The notes under the pieces are model-generated. The model had not been told where the DNA came from. It did no database searches and saw nothing but the letters and a program-made list of their open reading frames with translations. The position numbers and the translations under genes are program-made. A DNA stretch of 64,000 nt from Thermoanaerobaculia bacterium (GTDB lineage: Bacteria; Acidobacteriota; Thermoanaerobaculia; Multivoradales; UBA5704), in assembly GCA_044226625.1 (NCBI GenBank), contig JBGAGQ010000030.1:1-64000 (forward strand), given 5' to 3'. Each line of letters opens with the position of its first letter. Position 1 is the stretch's first letter. Shown piece after piece: positions 45,566 through 55,291 of this stretch.

Positions 45566-47539
45566 CTAAGACTCCGCCCCCGCCGCCGAGCCCCCGGCGC
45601 GGTGGAGGAAGAGAGAGATCGCGCCGACCAGGATGAGTCCGAGGCTGATCGCGAGCGGGCCTTCGAGGCGGACGAAGCCTTTTTCGGCGAAATGCCAGCT
45701 CGCGAGCCAGGCTCCGAAGCCCCCGCCGCGGGTTTGAATCGCGACGAGGAGAGCGATCGCCACGCCCGCGAGCCCTTCGCCGGCGATCAGGCCGGAGGCG
45801 GCGAGGATGCCGGGGTCTCCTTCGATCGCCTTGCCCTCGCGCCGCTTCTCGACCCAGGAGCGGACGATGCCGCCGAGGAAGATCGGCGTGAGGCTGCCGA
45901 GCGGCAGGTAGATGCCGACCGCGAAGGCGAGGCCGGGAAGGCCCGCGAGCATCGCGCCGAGCGAGAACGCGGCGCCCGTGCCGACGAGCCCCCAGGGGAG
46001 CGAGCCCGTGAGCACGCCGTCGATCACCGTCTTCATGAGCGTCGCCTGCGGCGCGGGCAGCTGCTCGGAGCCGAAGGTGAACGCCTTGCCGAGCAGCAGC
46101 ACCGTGCCCGCGATTGCCCAACAGGCGAACGCCGCGCCGATCAACTGCCCGACCTGCTGGCGCGCCGGAGTCGCCCCGACGAGGAAGCCGGTCTTCAGAT
46201 CCTGGGAGATGTCCCCCGCCTTGGACGCCGCGATGCAGACCACCGTGCCCACCGTGAGGATCGCCGCCCGAGCCGACGGATCGGTCCACCCGCAGAGGAC
46301 GAAGACCAACGCGGTGCCGAGCAGCGTCACGAGCGTCATCCCCGAGGTCGGGTTCGACGAGACGCCGATCAGGCCGACGATGCGGGATGAAACGACGACG
46401 AAGAGAACTCCGAAGATCGCCACCCCGAGAGCCGCCGCGATGCGTGGCACGAGGCTCATCTCGCCCGCGAGCAGGCCGGGGATGCCGACCAGGCCGAGGA
46501 TCACGATCACCGGACCGGCGAGCACCATCCAGCCCGGCACGTCGCGGTCCGTACGCTCGACGCCTTCCCCTTCTCCGACCGCCCCGGCGCCCGATTTCTT
46601 GAGGCCCGCGAGCACGGCCGAGAGCGATCGGACCATGGTCGGCAACGAGCGGAAGACCGTGACGATCCCCGCCGCGGCGACCGCGCCCGCGCCGATGTAG
46701 CGGACATAGCGCGACCAGATCTGGCCGGCGGAGAGGTCGTGGATCAGCTTGCTCGATTCCGGAAACAGGGGATTCGGCAGACCGTCGCCCACGAGGGCGA
46801 TCAACGGCGTGAGCGCGAGCGCCGAGATCAAGCTGCCCGAGACCATGATCGCCGACTGCCGGTAGCCCAAGATGTAGCCGACCGCGAGCAGTGCCGGGGC
46901 GATCTCCAGCGCGACCTCCGCCTTGGGCAGGAACGGCACCAGCGTCGAGAGGTCCGATTCGATCAGGCAGGCCGCGCCGATCGCGAGCTTGATCGCCGCC
47001 CCGACCCCCAGCCCGAGAAAGATCCAGCGCCCGCCCGAAGAGGCCGCAGTCGTCGCCCGCAGCACCTCGGCGCAGGCGGTTCCCTCCGGATATGGCAGCT
47101 CCTCGGCGCTCTCGACGATCAGCAGCCGGCGCAGCGGCACCATGGCCGAAATGCCGAGAATGGCACCCAGAAACGCGAGGCCCGCGATCTGCCAGAACGG
47201 CGGCACGATGCCCCAGAGGAAGAGCGCCGGGATGGTGAAGATCGTCCCCGCGGCGAGCGACGAGCTGGCCGAGCCGACCGTCTGCGCGAGGTTCGCCTCG
47301 AGGATCATCGTCCGGTCGCTCCGCATCAGGCGGAACAGCGCGACCGTGAGCACCGAAATCGGAATCGAGGTCGCGACCGTCAGGCCGACCCGCAGACCGA
47401 GGTACGCGTTCGCCGCGCCGAAAACGATGCCGAACACGATCCCCGCGGCGATCGCGCGCACGGTGAATTCGGGCAGATCACCGACCGGCCGTCCGATCAT
47501 TCGATGGCTTTTCGCCGGGCTGCTCGCGGGCTCGCTCAT
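45566..47539 (-). CDS. OPT-family oligopeptide transporter
   Basis: NAYLGLRVGLTVATSIP, LPYPEGTACAEVL, SSNPTSG, SQDLKTG, APQATLM. Confidence 0.94.
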   Translation of the reverse strand: MSEPASSPAKSHRMIGRPVGDLPEFTVRAIAAGIVFGIVFGAANAYLGLRVGLTVATSIPISVLTVALFRLMRSDRTMILEANLAQTVGSASSSLAAGTIFTIPALFLWGIVPPFWQIAGLAFLGAILGISAMVPLRRLLIVESAEELPYPEGTACAEVLRATTAASSGGRWIFLGLGVGAAIKLAIGAACLIESDLSTLVPFLPKAEVALEIAPALLAVGYILGYRQSAIMVSGSLISALALTPLIALVGDGLPNPLFPESSKLIHDLSAGQIWSRYVRYIGAGAVAAAGIVTVFRSLPTMVRSLSAVLAGLKKSGAGAVGEGEGVERTDRDVPGWMVLAGPVIVILGLVGIPGLLAGEMSLVPRIAAALGVAIFGVLFVVVSSRIVGLIGVSSNPTSGMTLVTLLGTALVFVLCGWTDPSARAAILTVGTVVCIAASKAGDISQDLKTGFLVGATPARQQVGQLIGAAFACWAIAGTVLLLGKAFTFGSEQLPAPQATLMKTVIDGVLTGSLPWGLVGTGAAFSLGAMLAGLPGLAFAVGIYLPLGSLTPIFLGGIVRSWVEKRREGKAIEGDPGILAASGLIAGEGLAGVAIALLVAIQTRGGGFGAWLASWHFAEKGFVRLEGPLAISLGLILVGAISLFLHRAGGSAAGAES

Positions 47540-47595
47540 CGCTTCCCCTCCGCTTTCTCCGAAAGAAAGGGGGAGGCTAGCACACGCCTCGGCGC

Positions 47596-47928
47596 CTACT
47601 TCTTCGGCGAAATGACCAGGCGCCGCCGCTCCCCTTCCTCGACGTGCCAGCGGCATCCGGCCTGCCGGCAGACCGCGTAGAGCGCCTTCCGGACCGACAC
47701 CTTTTCGAGGTCGAGCGTCACTTCCGCCGTCAGAGGCTTCTCCAGCTCCACCTCCACGGACAAGACCTCGCCGAAGCTGCGGAGCACCTCCTCGGCCGAC
47801 GCGCGGGTCACCTTGAGGTCGATCCGCTCGTCGAGCCCTGCGCCGGCCGCGCACAACGGAACGGCCAGGGCCAGAAGAACGGAGAGGGCCAGAAGGATCC
47901 GAAGGACCGGTGCGACGAGGGACCGCAT
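47596..47928 (-). CDS. Small exported protein, STN/secretin-N0-like domain
   Basis: Signal peptide; RIDLKV..AS..EVL......V...L...VTLDL..VSV..AL..VC. Confidence 0.6.
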   Translation of the reverse strand: MRSLVAPVLRILLALSVLLALAVPLCAAGAGLDERIDLKVTRASAEEVLRSFGEVLSVEVELEKPLTAEVTLDLEKVSVRKALYAVCRQAGCRWHVEEGERRRLVISPKK

Positions 47929-47936
47929 GGAACCGC

Positions 47937-48728
47937 CTACGCCCCTTCGGGGGCTCGTCGGTACGCCTCGACCGGGCTCTCGAGCACGGGGAGCCCGGGG
48001 ATCTCCACCTGGACGACGTCGCCGTCGGCGAGCGATCCCACCCCGGCCGGCGTGCCCGTGAGCACGACGTCGCCCGGTTCCAGGGTCATGATGTTCGACA
48101 GGTACACGAGGATGTCGACGATGCCGAAAGCCATCTCGCGCGTCCGGCCGCGCTGGCGCTCGACGCCGTTGACGCGGGTGACGACCGAGAGATCCTCGAG
48201 ATCCGGGCCGATGCCGATCGCGGGTCCGATCGGACAGAACGTGTCGAAGCCCTTCGCCCGCGCGAAGCGGCCGTCCTTCTTCTGAAGATCACGCGCGGTC
48301 ACGTCGCAGGCCGGCACCACGCCGAGGATCGCCGTCGCCGCGTCCTCCGCCGCCGCCCTGCGCAGCCGATGCCGGAGAACGACGGCGATTTCCCCTTCGT
48401 ATTCGACCTGCGCGCTCTCGGGCGGCAGCACGATCGGCGCCCTCGGTCCGATCAGCGCCGACGGCGCCTTCAAGAAGAACAGCGGCTCGGTCGGCATGGG
48501 ATTGCCCAGCTCCTGCGCGTGCTCGACGTAGTTGCGGCCGATGCCGATGATCTTGCTCGGCGCCACCGGGCAGAGGAACGACGCCGTGTCGAGGTCGACC
48601 TTGCTGCCGAATTCCCACCCACCCGGGAGGGTCTCGTACGGATCGGAGTAGAGAATGCGCAGCTCGCCGGACGAGGGGTCGTTGGCGGCGAAAAAGCCTT
48701 CGGGGGCGACGCGATAGAGCGGGATCAT
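47937..48728 (-). CDS. Fumarylacetoacetate hydrolase family protein
   Basis: KIIGIGRNY..HA.E, FLKAPS, YEGEIAVV, DVTARDLQ, AKGFDTFCP, LTGTPAGVG. Confidence 0.93.
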   Translation of the reverse strand: MIPLYRVAPEGFFAANDPSSGELRILYSDPYETLPGGWEFGSKVDLDTASFLCPVAPSKIIGIGRNYVEHAQELGNPMPTEPLFFLKAPSALIGPRAPIVLPPESAQVEYEGEIAVVLRHRLRRAAAEDAATAILGVVPACDVTARDLQKKDGRFARAKGFDTFCPIGPAIGIGPDLEDLSVVTRVNGVERQRGRTREMAFGIVDILVYLSNIMTLEPGDVVLTGTPAGVGSLADGDVVQVEIPGLPVLESPVEAYRRAPEGA

Positions 48729-48765
48729 GGGGCTATTCTACCCACGGCCGGGAAGCTCCGGCGCC

Positions 48766-49767
48766 CTACCGCCCCTCCCGCCGCAGCGCGAGAAGCATCA
48801 GGAAAAACGGTCCGCCAAGGAGCGCCGTGAGCACGCCGACCGGCAGGTCGGCCGGGGCCATTACGGTGCGGGCGGCGAGGTCGGCGAGGGCGAGGAAGGC
48901 TCCTCCGCCGAGCAGGCAGGCGGGGACGAGCGTCAGGTGGTCGTGGCCGACCAGGCGGCGCAGGGCGTGGGGAACCATCAGGCCGACGAAGCCGATCGGG
49001 CCGGCGACCGCCACGAGGGCGCCGATCATCAGCGAGATCGCGATCAGGACCCGCAGCCGGAGGCGCGGCACGTCGACGCCCCGCGAGGCGGCGATCTCTT
49101 CTCCCGCCAACAGGAGGTTCAGGTCCCAGCGGGACGCGAGGAGGACCGCGAAGCCGAGCAGCGTCCAGGGGAGCAGCCAGAGCACCTCGCGATAGCCGAC
49201 CACGGCGAGGCCGCCCATCATCCAGCGCACCATGCGGAAGGTCTGCGTCGCGTCGGCGAGGTACTGGACGAACAGGATCAGCGCCGAGGTCGAGAGCGAC
49301 ACGCCGATCCCGGCGAGCAAGAGCTTCCCGGTGTCGCTCTCCTTCCTCCGGAGCGCCACCCCCGCGACCAGCGCGGTCGCGCCGAGCGCCCCGGCGAAGC
49401 TCGCGAGCGCCACCATGGGCAGGCCGAGGGCGCCCAGCCCTTCGAGAAACCGCAGCGCGAGCACCGCTCCGAGCGCCGCGCCGCCCGCCACGCCGAGCGT
49501 GTACGGCTCGGCGAGCGGGTTCCGGAACAGCGTCTGGAAACCGAGCCCCGCCGTCGCGAGTGCGCCGCCGGAGAGGAGCCCGAGCAGCACCCGCGGTAGC
49601 CGGAGCTGCCAGAAGATCGCGAGCGCGGTCGGGTCGCCCCGCAGCACCTGGGCGAGGCCGATCGGCTGGCTGCCGAGGAGCGGCGCGCAGAGCGCGACGC
49701 CAAGCCAGAGCAGGGCGAGCAGCGCAAGCGCGAGGGTGGGACGAGGCGGGCGGGGCGACGGGCTCAT
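48766..49767 (-). CDS. btuC: Cobalamin ABC transporter permease (FecCD family)
   Basis: LRLPR, FRNPLAEPYTLGV, GPIGFVGLMVPH, LPVGVLTALLGGPFF; lies in a riboswitch-controlled operon. Confidence 0.85.
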   Translation of the reverse strand: MSPSPRPPRPTLALALLALLWLGVALCAPLLGSQPIGLAQVLRGDPTALAIFWQLRLPRVLLGLLSGGALATAGLGFQTLFRNPLAEPYTLGVAGGAALGAVLALRFLEGLGALGLPMVALASFAGALGATALVAGVALRRKESDTGKLLLAGIGVSLSTSALILFVQYLADATQTFRMVRWMMGGLAVVGYREVLWLLPWTLLGFAVLLASRWDLNLLLAGEEIAASRGVDVPRLRLRVLIAISLMIGALVAVAGPIGFVGLMVPHALRRLVGHDHLTLVPACLLGGGAFLALADLAARTVMAPADLPVGVLTALLGGPFFLMLLALRREGR

Positions 49768-49783
49768 GAAGGGTCGATCGAGT

Positions 49784-50629
49784 CTACGTTGCCAGCGACA
49801 GCCGCGCGGCCCGGCCGTCGGCGCTCGGAGAAAATGGAGCGTCGAACAGCGCCGCCAGCGATTCGGCGGCGAGCACCTCGCGCGGCGGGGCGAGCGCGGC
49901 GATCCGGCCGGCGCGGAGAGCCAGCACCCGGTCGCCGAGGAGGCCCGCGAGCTCGAGGTCGTGGGTGGCGAACAGCACCGTCGCCCCCCCCTCGGCGTGC
50001 AGCCGGCGAAGCAACCTGGCCACGTCGCGCTGATGGCGCGGATCGAGGTGGGTGGTCGGCTCGTCGAGGATCAGCACCTCCGCCTCCTGGGCGAGCGCCG
50101 CGGCGATCCAGGCCATCTGGCGTTCGCCGCCGGAGAGCTCGTCGAGCGGCCGGTCGGCGAGCGCTTCGATCCCTGCCGCCGCGAGCGCGCGCTCCACCGC
50201 GCGGTGGTCCGCCGCCCCCGGGGCGAGCTGGAAGCGCGACAGGTGGGGGTAGCGGCCCAGCCCCACCGCTTCGCGCACCGAAAGCGGCACGCTCGCCGGA
50301 CGCACCTGCGGAACGTAGGCGATCCGTCGCGCGAGCTCGCGACGCGACAGCCCGGCGAAGCTCCGGCCGCGGTGGCGGATCTCCCCTCGCGACGGCGCGC
50401 GCAGCCCCGCGAGGCACCGCAGCAGCGTGGTCTTTCCCGCCCCGTTCGGTCCGACCAGCGCGAGGCATTCGCCGGCGCGGACGTCGAGGTCGATCGGCCC
50501 GAGACGCCAGCCGGTGTGGCCTCGCCCCCGCTCCTCGCGCTCCAGGCCGCGGACCGAGAGCAGCGCCGGTTCCGCTCGATCCCGGGCGGCGTCGAGAGCC
50601 GCGCCGGCGGCGGTTGGCTCGGCGGTCAC
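49784..50629 (-). CDS. btuD: Cobalamin ABC transporter ATPase
   Basis: GPNGAGKTT, LSGGERQ, LDEPTTHLD. Confidence 0.85.
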   Translation of the reverse strand: MTAEPTAAGAALDAARDRAEPALLSVRGLEREERGRGHTGWRLGPIDLDVRAGECLALVGPNGAGKTTLLRCLAGLRAPSRGEIRHRGRSFAGLSRRELARRIAYVPQVRPASVPLSVREAVGLGRYPHLSRFQLAPGAADHRAVERALAAAGIEALADRPLDELSGGERQMAWIAAALAQEAEVLILDEPTTHLDPRHQRDVARLLRRLHAEGGATVLFATHDLELAGLLGDRVLALRAGRIAALAPPREVLAAESLAALFDAPFSPSADGRAARLSLAT

Positions 50630-51537
50630 GGCGCGGTTCCTCTCTCCGGCGCGTTCTTCGCTTCGAGCGCCTCGGCCATCGCGCGATAGAGCCGTGGCAA
50701 ACGCGGACCGGGGATCAGGGTGAAGTCGCCCGCGATCACGCGGATGCGCCCGTTCGCGACGGCCGGCACCGCCTGGAGCGGCTGCCAGTCGGCGATCAAC
50801 GCCCGGCGCGCGGTCTCGTCGGGTGGATCGGAGCGCAGCTCGAGGATGAGATCGGGTTTGCGCGCGACGATCTCTTCCAGGCTCGCCTGCGGATAGAGGT
50901 TCGGCGCGTCGCCGAACACGTTCACGCCCCCCAATCGGCCGAGCAGCTCGTCGAGGAAGGTGCCGGGACCGGCGGCGTACAGTTCGCCGAGACGGCCCGC
51001 GGGGCGCTCGACGATCATCAAAACCTTGGGCGCCCCGCCCGCCGAGCCGACCGGGCGCGGCCGCGCGAGCAGCTCGGCGTGCCAGCGCGCGGCGAGCCGC
51101 TCCCCCGCGTCCGGCACGCCGCAGCGCCGGCCGATCTCCAGAAACGAAGCCTCCACGTCGGCCAGGCTCTCGTTGTGGACGATCAGCGTTTCGATCCCGA
51201 GCGGAGCGAGCTTCGCGCCGACGTCTTTTTCGCTCGGCAGGAGGATCGCGAGGTCGGGGCGGAGCGCCGCGATCCGTTCAAGGTTCGGGTCGATCAACCC
51301 ACCGAGGCGCGGCTTGCGCGTCGCCTCGGCGGGCCAGAAGGTGTAGTCCCCGACCCCGACCACTCGGTCGCCGAGCCCGAGCGCGAACAGCGTCTCGGTG
51401 ACGCTCGGGGCGAGCGAGATCAGCCGCCGGGGAACCGCGCGCGCGGCCGGGGCCGGCTCCGGGCGTCCGCACCCGGCGGAAGCCGTCACGCTGAGCGCGA
51501 AAGCGAGCGCTCCCAGGAGCCGGCCGCGAGCCGTCAT
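50626..51537 (-). CDS. btuF: Cobalamin-binding lipoprotein
   Basis: SAGC lipobox; RLISLAPSVTETLFALG, PNLERIAALRPD, PGPRL. Confidence 0.85.
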   Translation of the reverse strand: MTARGRLLGALAFALSVTASAGCGRPEPAPAARAVPRRLISLAPSVTETLFALGLGDRVVGVGDYTFWPAEATRKPRLGGLIDPNLERIAALRPDLAILLPSEKDVGAKLAPLGIETLIVHNESLADVEASFLEIGRRCGVPDAGERLAARWHAELLARPRPVGSAGGAPKVLMIVERPAGRLGELYAAGPGTFLDELLGRLGGVNVFGDAPNLYPQASLEEIVARKPDLILELRSDPPDETARRALIADWQPLQAVPAVANGRIRVIAGDFTLIPGPRLPRLYRAMAEALEAKNAPERGTAP

Positions 51538-51542
51538 CCGCC

Positions 51543-53369
51543 CTAGAACCTCACCGCGACGCCGCCCACCCAGGTCCGGCCGGGCGCGGGGAATCCGAGC
51601 GCCTCCTCGTACTCGCGGTCGGCGAGGTTCTCCACCCGGGCGAACGGCTCGAGCTTCGAGAATCCGGCGTAGCGGGCCGCGAGGTCGAAGCGGACGTAGG
51701 ACGGGTTCTCGGTCCGCCCGAACGTCACCGGATCGACGTCCGCCCGGGATCCGACGTATCGGCCTGACAGCGTGAAATTCCACGCCTTCGGCGCGAGACC
51801 GACGAGCATCGTGGCGCTGCGCTTCGCCCGGCGGAGCAGCGGCTCGCCGGTCGACCGATCCTCGGCATCGAGATAGGTCGCGGTCAACCGCACCGAGCCG
51901 ATCCCGCGGCGGGCCGAGACTTCCCCCTCCAAGCCGCGCGAGCGGGCGCGGGCGACGTTGACGTTCGTGAAGGTCGCGAGGTCGAAGTCAATCAGGTCGT
52001 TCTGGCGATTCTCGAAGCCGGTAAGCGCCAGGCGGACGATCGAGATCTCGCGCTCGATTCCCACCTCCAAGCTCCGGCCGACCTCCGGCCGGAGGCCCGG
52101 ATTGCCGCTGCCGGGAAAGAACAGCTCGCCGAGCGACGGCGCTCGGAACGACTCGCCGTAGCTCGCCCGGACGCGAAACGCGCCGACCGGCACGACCCAG
52201 CCGGCCCGCAGGCTGGTCTGCTCCCCATAGACGTCGTTGTCGTCGCGGCGGAGACCCACCTGGAGCCGCGACGCGCCGACCGGTGCGTTCGCCTCGGCGA
52301 AAGCCGACCAGGTGCGCTGGTGCGCGCCCGAAAGGTCCGTGCCGAACGACGAGCTGCTCGTCACCTCCAACCGCTCGACGTCGCCGCCGACCGAGAGGCG
52401 CAGATCGCGCGGGCCGCTCCAGGTCCCGACCAGCCGGCCGCGGCGCCCCTCCGATTCGGTATCGGAGCGGGTGAATCCGAACGGATCGCTCGGCGCCCGG
52501 AAGGCATTCCGGAATCCGGTGGTCGAAAGCTGCCCCTCGATCTCCCCGGTGCCGCCGACGAGCGCGTGGACCGGCAGGGCGAGCTCCCGCTCGCGCCAGG
52601 AGATCGAGCGATCGGGCGTCAGGCTACGGCCGGAGAACGGAATGCCGGTCTGCGACCGATCGCCACGCACCAGGAGGCCGAGATCGAGGTTCTCTCGAAC
52701 GTCGAACAGGCCGCGAAGCGTGAGGTCGTCCGCGTCGAAATCGTCGTTCGGCACCTCCGTGCCGCCGCGCCGGACGGCGCCCACGCCGTCGAGCCGCAAC
52801 CGGCCCCGGGTGACCCCCGCCGCGACCGAGCCGCGGAGGTAGCCGTTCTCACCCCCTTCCACGCGCGCCGAGCCGCCGTCGCGCCGGCCGGTGAGCAGCG
52901 AGATCACCCCGCCCATCGCGCCGCTGCCGTAGAGCGCGGAGAACGGACCGCGGACGACCTCGATCCGCTCCGCCCCGTCGGTCGGCACGAACTGCCAGTT
53001 GACGCCGCCGAAATAGGGATCGTTGAGCGCGATGCCGTTCCAGAGCAGCAGCGTCTGCTCCGATTCGGCGCCGCGCACGAACAGCGAGCTCTGCTGGCCG
53101 GGCGAGCCGGCCTGGACGATGGAAAGGCCCGGGACCAGCGTGATCGCATCGGCGAGCGTGGTGGCCTGGCGCGCTTCGATCTCTTCCTGCGGAACCACCG
53201 TGACGGTGGCGGTCGAGCGATCCTTCGGTTCGGCGTCGAGCGAGGCGCTCACCAGGAGCTGATCGTCGAAGACGGGGATGGCGGTCTGATTCGGTTCCTG
53301 CGAGTGGACCGGCGACCCTCCCCCGAGGAGGCCGGCGCTGAGGGTGACGACGGCGAGCGTCGTGCGCAT
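51543..53369 (-). CDS. btuB: TonB-dependent cobalamin receptor
   Basis: Plug LFVRG...ERIEVVRGPFSALYGS; FRAPS; terminal Phe; downstream of the B12 riboswitch. Confidence 0.88.
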   Translation of the reverse strand: MRTTLAVVTLSAGLLGGGSPVHSQEPNQTAIPVFDDQLLVSASLDAEPKDRSTATVTVVPQEEIEARQATTLADAITLVPGLSIVQAGSPGQQSSLFVRGAESEQTLLLWNGIALNDPYFGGVNWQFVPTDGAERIEVVRGPFSALYGSGAMGGVISLLTGRRDGGSARVEGGENGYLRGSVAAGVTRGRLRLDGVGAVRRGGTEVPNDDFDADDLTLRGLFDVRENLDLGLLVRGDRSQTGIPFSGRSLTPDRSISWRERELALPVHALVGGTGEIEGQLSTTGFRNAFRAPSDPFGFTRSDTESEGRRGRLVGTWSGPRDLRLSVGGDVERLEVTSSSSFGTDLSGAHQRTWSAFAEANAPVGASRLQVGLRRDDNDVYGEQTSLRAGWVVPVGAFRVRASYGESFRAPSLGELFFPGSGNPGLRPEVGRSLEVGIEREISIVRLALTGFENRQNDLIDFDLATFTNVNVARARSRGLEGEVSARRGIGSVRLTATYLDAEDRSTGEPLLRRAKRSATMLVGLAPKAWNFTLSGRYVGSRADVDPVTFGRTENPSYVRFDLAARYAGFSKLEPFARVENLADREYEEALGFPAPGRTWVGGVAVRF

Positions 53370-53529
53370 GGGCGGTTCCTTCCTGGACCTCGGGGAGGCC
53401 CGGAAAGCGCGACGCCCCGCGCGGGGCGGGGCGTGGGGGCGAGGGCGGCGATGCGCTCCTTCGGAGGGAAGCGACCGGAAAACCGCACATGAGCTCCGAG
53501 CCCGCACCCCGCGGGTGGCGTCGGATGGC

Positions 53530-53735
53530 TCGGCAGGTCTCCTGGCTCCCGGATCTTCCTACTCCCGGACCTTCCCGCCCGGACGACCCGCGGGCTTTAA
53601 TGAGCCTCGCGATCCATTTCCGTGCAGTGGCATGTCCCGGTTTCGTCCCCGGTTACAGTGGCGGGGGCCGCGCCGGTGTCTCACCGGCTTCCCTCTTACG
53701 AACGGAGCGTCTCGAATCGATTCGACCTAACCACC
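53530..53735 (-). ncRNA. Cobalamin (AdoCbl) riboswitch
   Basis: Minus strand AAGAGGGAAGCCGGTG...CCGGCGCGGCCCCCGCCACTGTAA...GCCACTG...GGGAAGG...GAGCCAGGAGACCTGCC; ends approximate. Confidence 0.93.
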
Positions 53736-53883
53736 CTCACCGGGCCGTCGAGCCTTTCGAGTCCGCGCCGTCACCGCGCCATCAATCTGTCAAAGAGTCC
53801 TCCCCACGGCGGGGAGGGTTACGGTGCGGAACGAGTCTACCGCGGTCTCTCGCGGTTTATCGCGCTTTCATCGCTTTCGGCGA

Positions 53884-54462
53884 TCAGTTCTGCGGCACCG
53901 GCGCGGGCGACGGCGCTTCCTGCGGGATTACCACGACGCTGGGAGCGGACGATCCCCCCTGCGGAACCCCACCGCCGTACGCCTGACCACCCGGGACGTA
54001 GTTGAGCGGAATCCCCTGGGTCTCCCCCGTGCCGACGCCTTGCTGGATCGTGTAGGGCTCCTTGGACTGGGCGGGCTGCTGGCTGCCGCCGAGCGCCTGG
54101 ATCAACCGCGCGCCGAGATCGTTCTGACCGGCCGCAGCAGGATCCTCCGCATCGTTCGGCGCCCAGCCGATTTCGACCGTCGTCGGATTGATCACGAAGC
54201 CGAAGCCGCGCAAGTTGTTCTGCTGCTCGACGCTCGCGATCTCCGACTTCTTCATGCCGATCCAGTTGCCGGTCTCGGTCATGAACAGGACCGTCCCCGC
54301 GTCCCAGCTCGCCTCCTGGGGCTGATAGCGGGACTCGATCGTGGTGCCGTTCTGGAGCGTGACCAGATACGTCTCGGCCGCCACCGGCGCGGCGAGCCAC
54401 AGGGAGGACGCGCAGAGCAGGCTGAACGCGGCGATGCGGGTTCTGCGGACACGGGCGGACAT
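53884..54462 (-). CDS. Exported hypothetical protein
   Basis: RBS AGGAGG; signal peptide ending VAA-ETYLVTLQNG. Confidence 0.75.
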   Translation of the reverse strand: MSARVRRTRIAAFSLLCASSLWLAAPVAAETYLVTLQNGTTIESRYQPQEASWDAGTVLFMTETGNWIGMKKSEIASVEQQNNLRGFGFVINPTTVEIGWAPNDAEDPAAAGQNDLGARLIQALGGSQQPAQSKEPYTIQQGVGTGETQGIPLNYVPGGQAYGGGVPQGGSSAPSVVVIPQEAPSPAPVPQN

Positions 54463-54565
54463 AGGAGACCTCCTCCTGCGAACGATGAGCCTTAACTATC
54501 GATCGTAGCACGAAAAATGCCCCGGAGGCCGGGCGGGGCCAGCATCCGAGATGCCCTGCGCCGGC

Positions 54566-55237
54566 CTAGGGAAGGTTCTCCGCCAGCAGCTCGGCGAGCT
54601 GGGCGCGAAATCGGCCGGCGCCGCCATGGGCGGGATGTCGGAGCGGCGAGGCGACCGCGCCGAGCAGGGCGACCGCCGCTTCGGCGGTCCTACCGACGGC
54701 GGCGATTCGAGCCCGAGAGGGGAGAAGGGAGAGGAGCGTCTCGAGAACGTGGAGGTTTTCGCGCAGAAGCGCCCGCTCCGGCGTCCGGTTGCTCAAGGCA
54801 CCGAGGTCGCCCTGCGGATGCCAGGGGAAGGCGTTCCAGAGAAGGACGCCGCGCGGCGCCTTCGGCAGCGAGGCGAGCGCGCTCCAGACGATCGTGCCCG
54901 AGGGCTCCAGCCAGAGCGAGGGGTGACGCCCGGTCGGTTGGAATCCCGCCTCGCGCGTCCAGGCGAGCCGTTCCTTACCCTCCCCCGCGATCTGCCGCTC
55001 GCTCGTAAATGGAATTCCAGAGAACCGTCCGCCGCGGTAGCCGATCGCCTCGCCGAGCAGCACCAGCCGCGGCCGTCCCACCCGCTCCAGATAGATCTCG
55101 AGGTTCCGCCGCCGCTGCCGCGCCGCTCCGGAGCGGTCGACCGCCCGGTCCTCGTCGCGGTACGGATTCGAGATCCCGAGGGATTTTTGGCGCGGGCCGC
55201 GGAAAGTATCGAGAAGAAGGGGGGTCCAATCCGTCAT
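54566..55237 (-). CDS. Uracil-DNA glycosylase superfamily protein
   Basis: LLGEAIGYRGGRFSGIPFTSE, WNAFPWHP, NRTP, AVGRTA, RHPAHGG. Confidence 0.85.
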   Translation of the reverse strand: MTDWTPLLLDTFRGPRQKSLGISNPYRDEDRAVDRSGAARQRRRNLEIYLERVGRPRLVLLGEAIGYRGGRFSGIPFTSERQIAGEGKERLAWTREAGFQPTGRHPSLWLEPSGTIVWSALASLPKAPRGVLLWNAFPWHPQGDLGALSNRTPERALLRENLHVLETLLSLLPSRARIAAVGRTAEAAVALLGAVASPLRHPAHGGAGRFRAQLAELLAENLP

Positions 55238-55291
55238 AGGGGGAAACGGCCGGTTCCGATCGAGGAGCCGACCCTACCAGAGGAGCCCCCC

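Noticed and set aside
3503-53492. Many long antisense ORFs (e.g. 3503-5332, 8709-10304, 23370-25181, 30652-32742, 36812-38830)
   Set aside because: Shadow ORFs expected in high-GC DNA opposite well-supported genes; no recognisable motifs.
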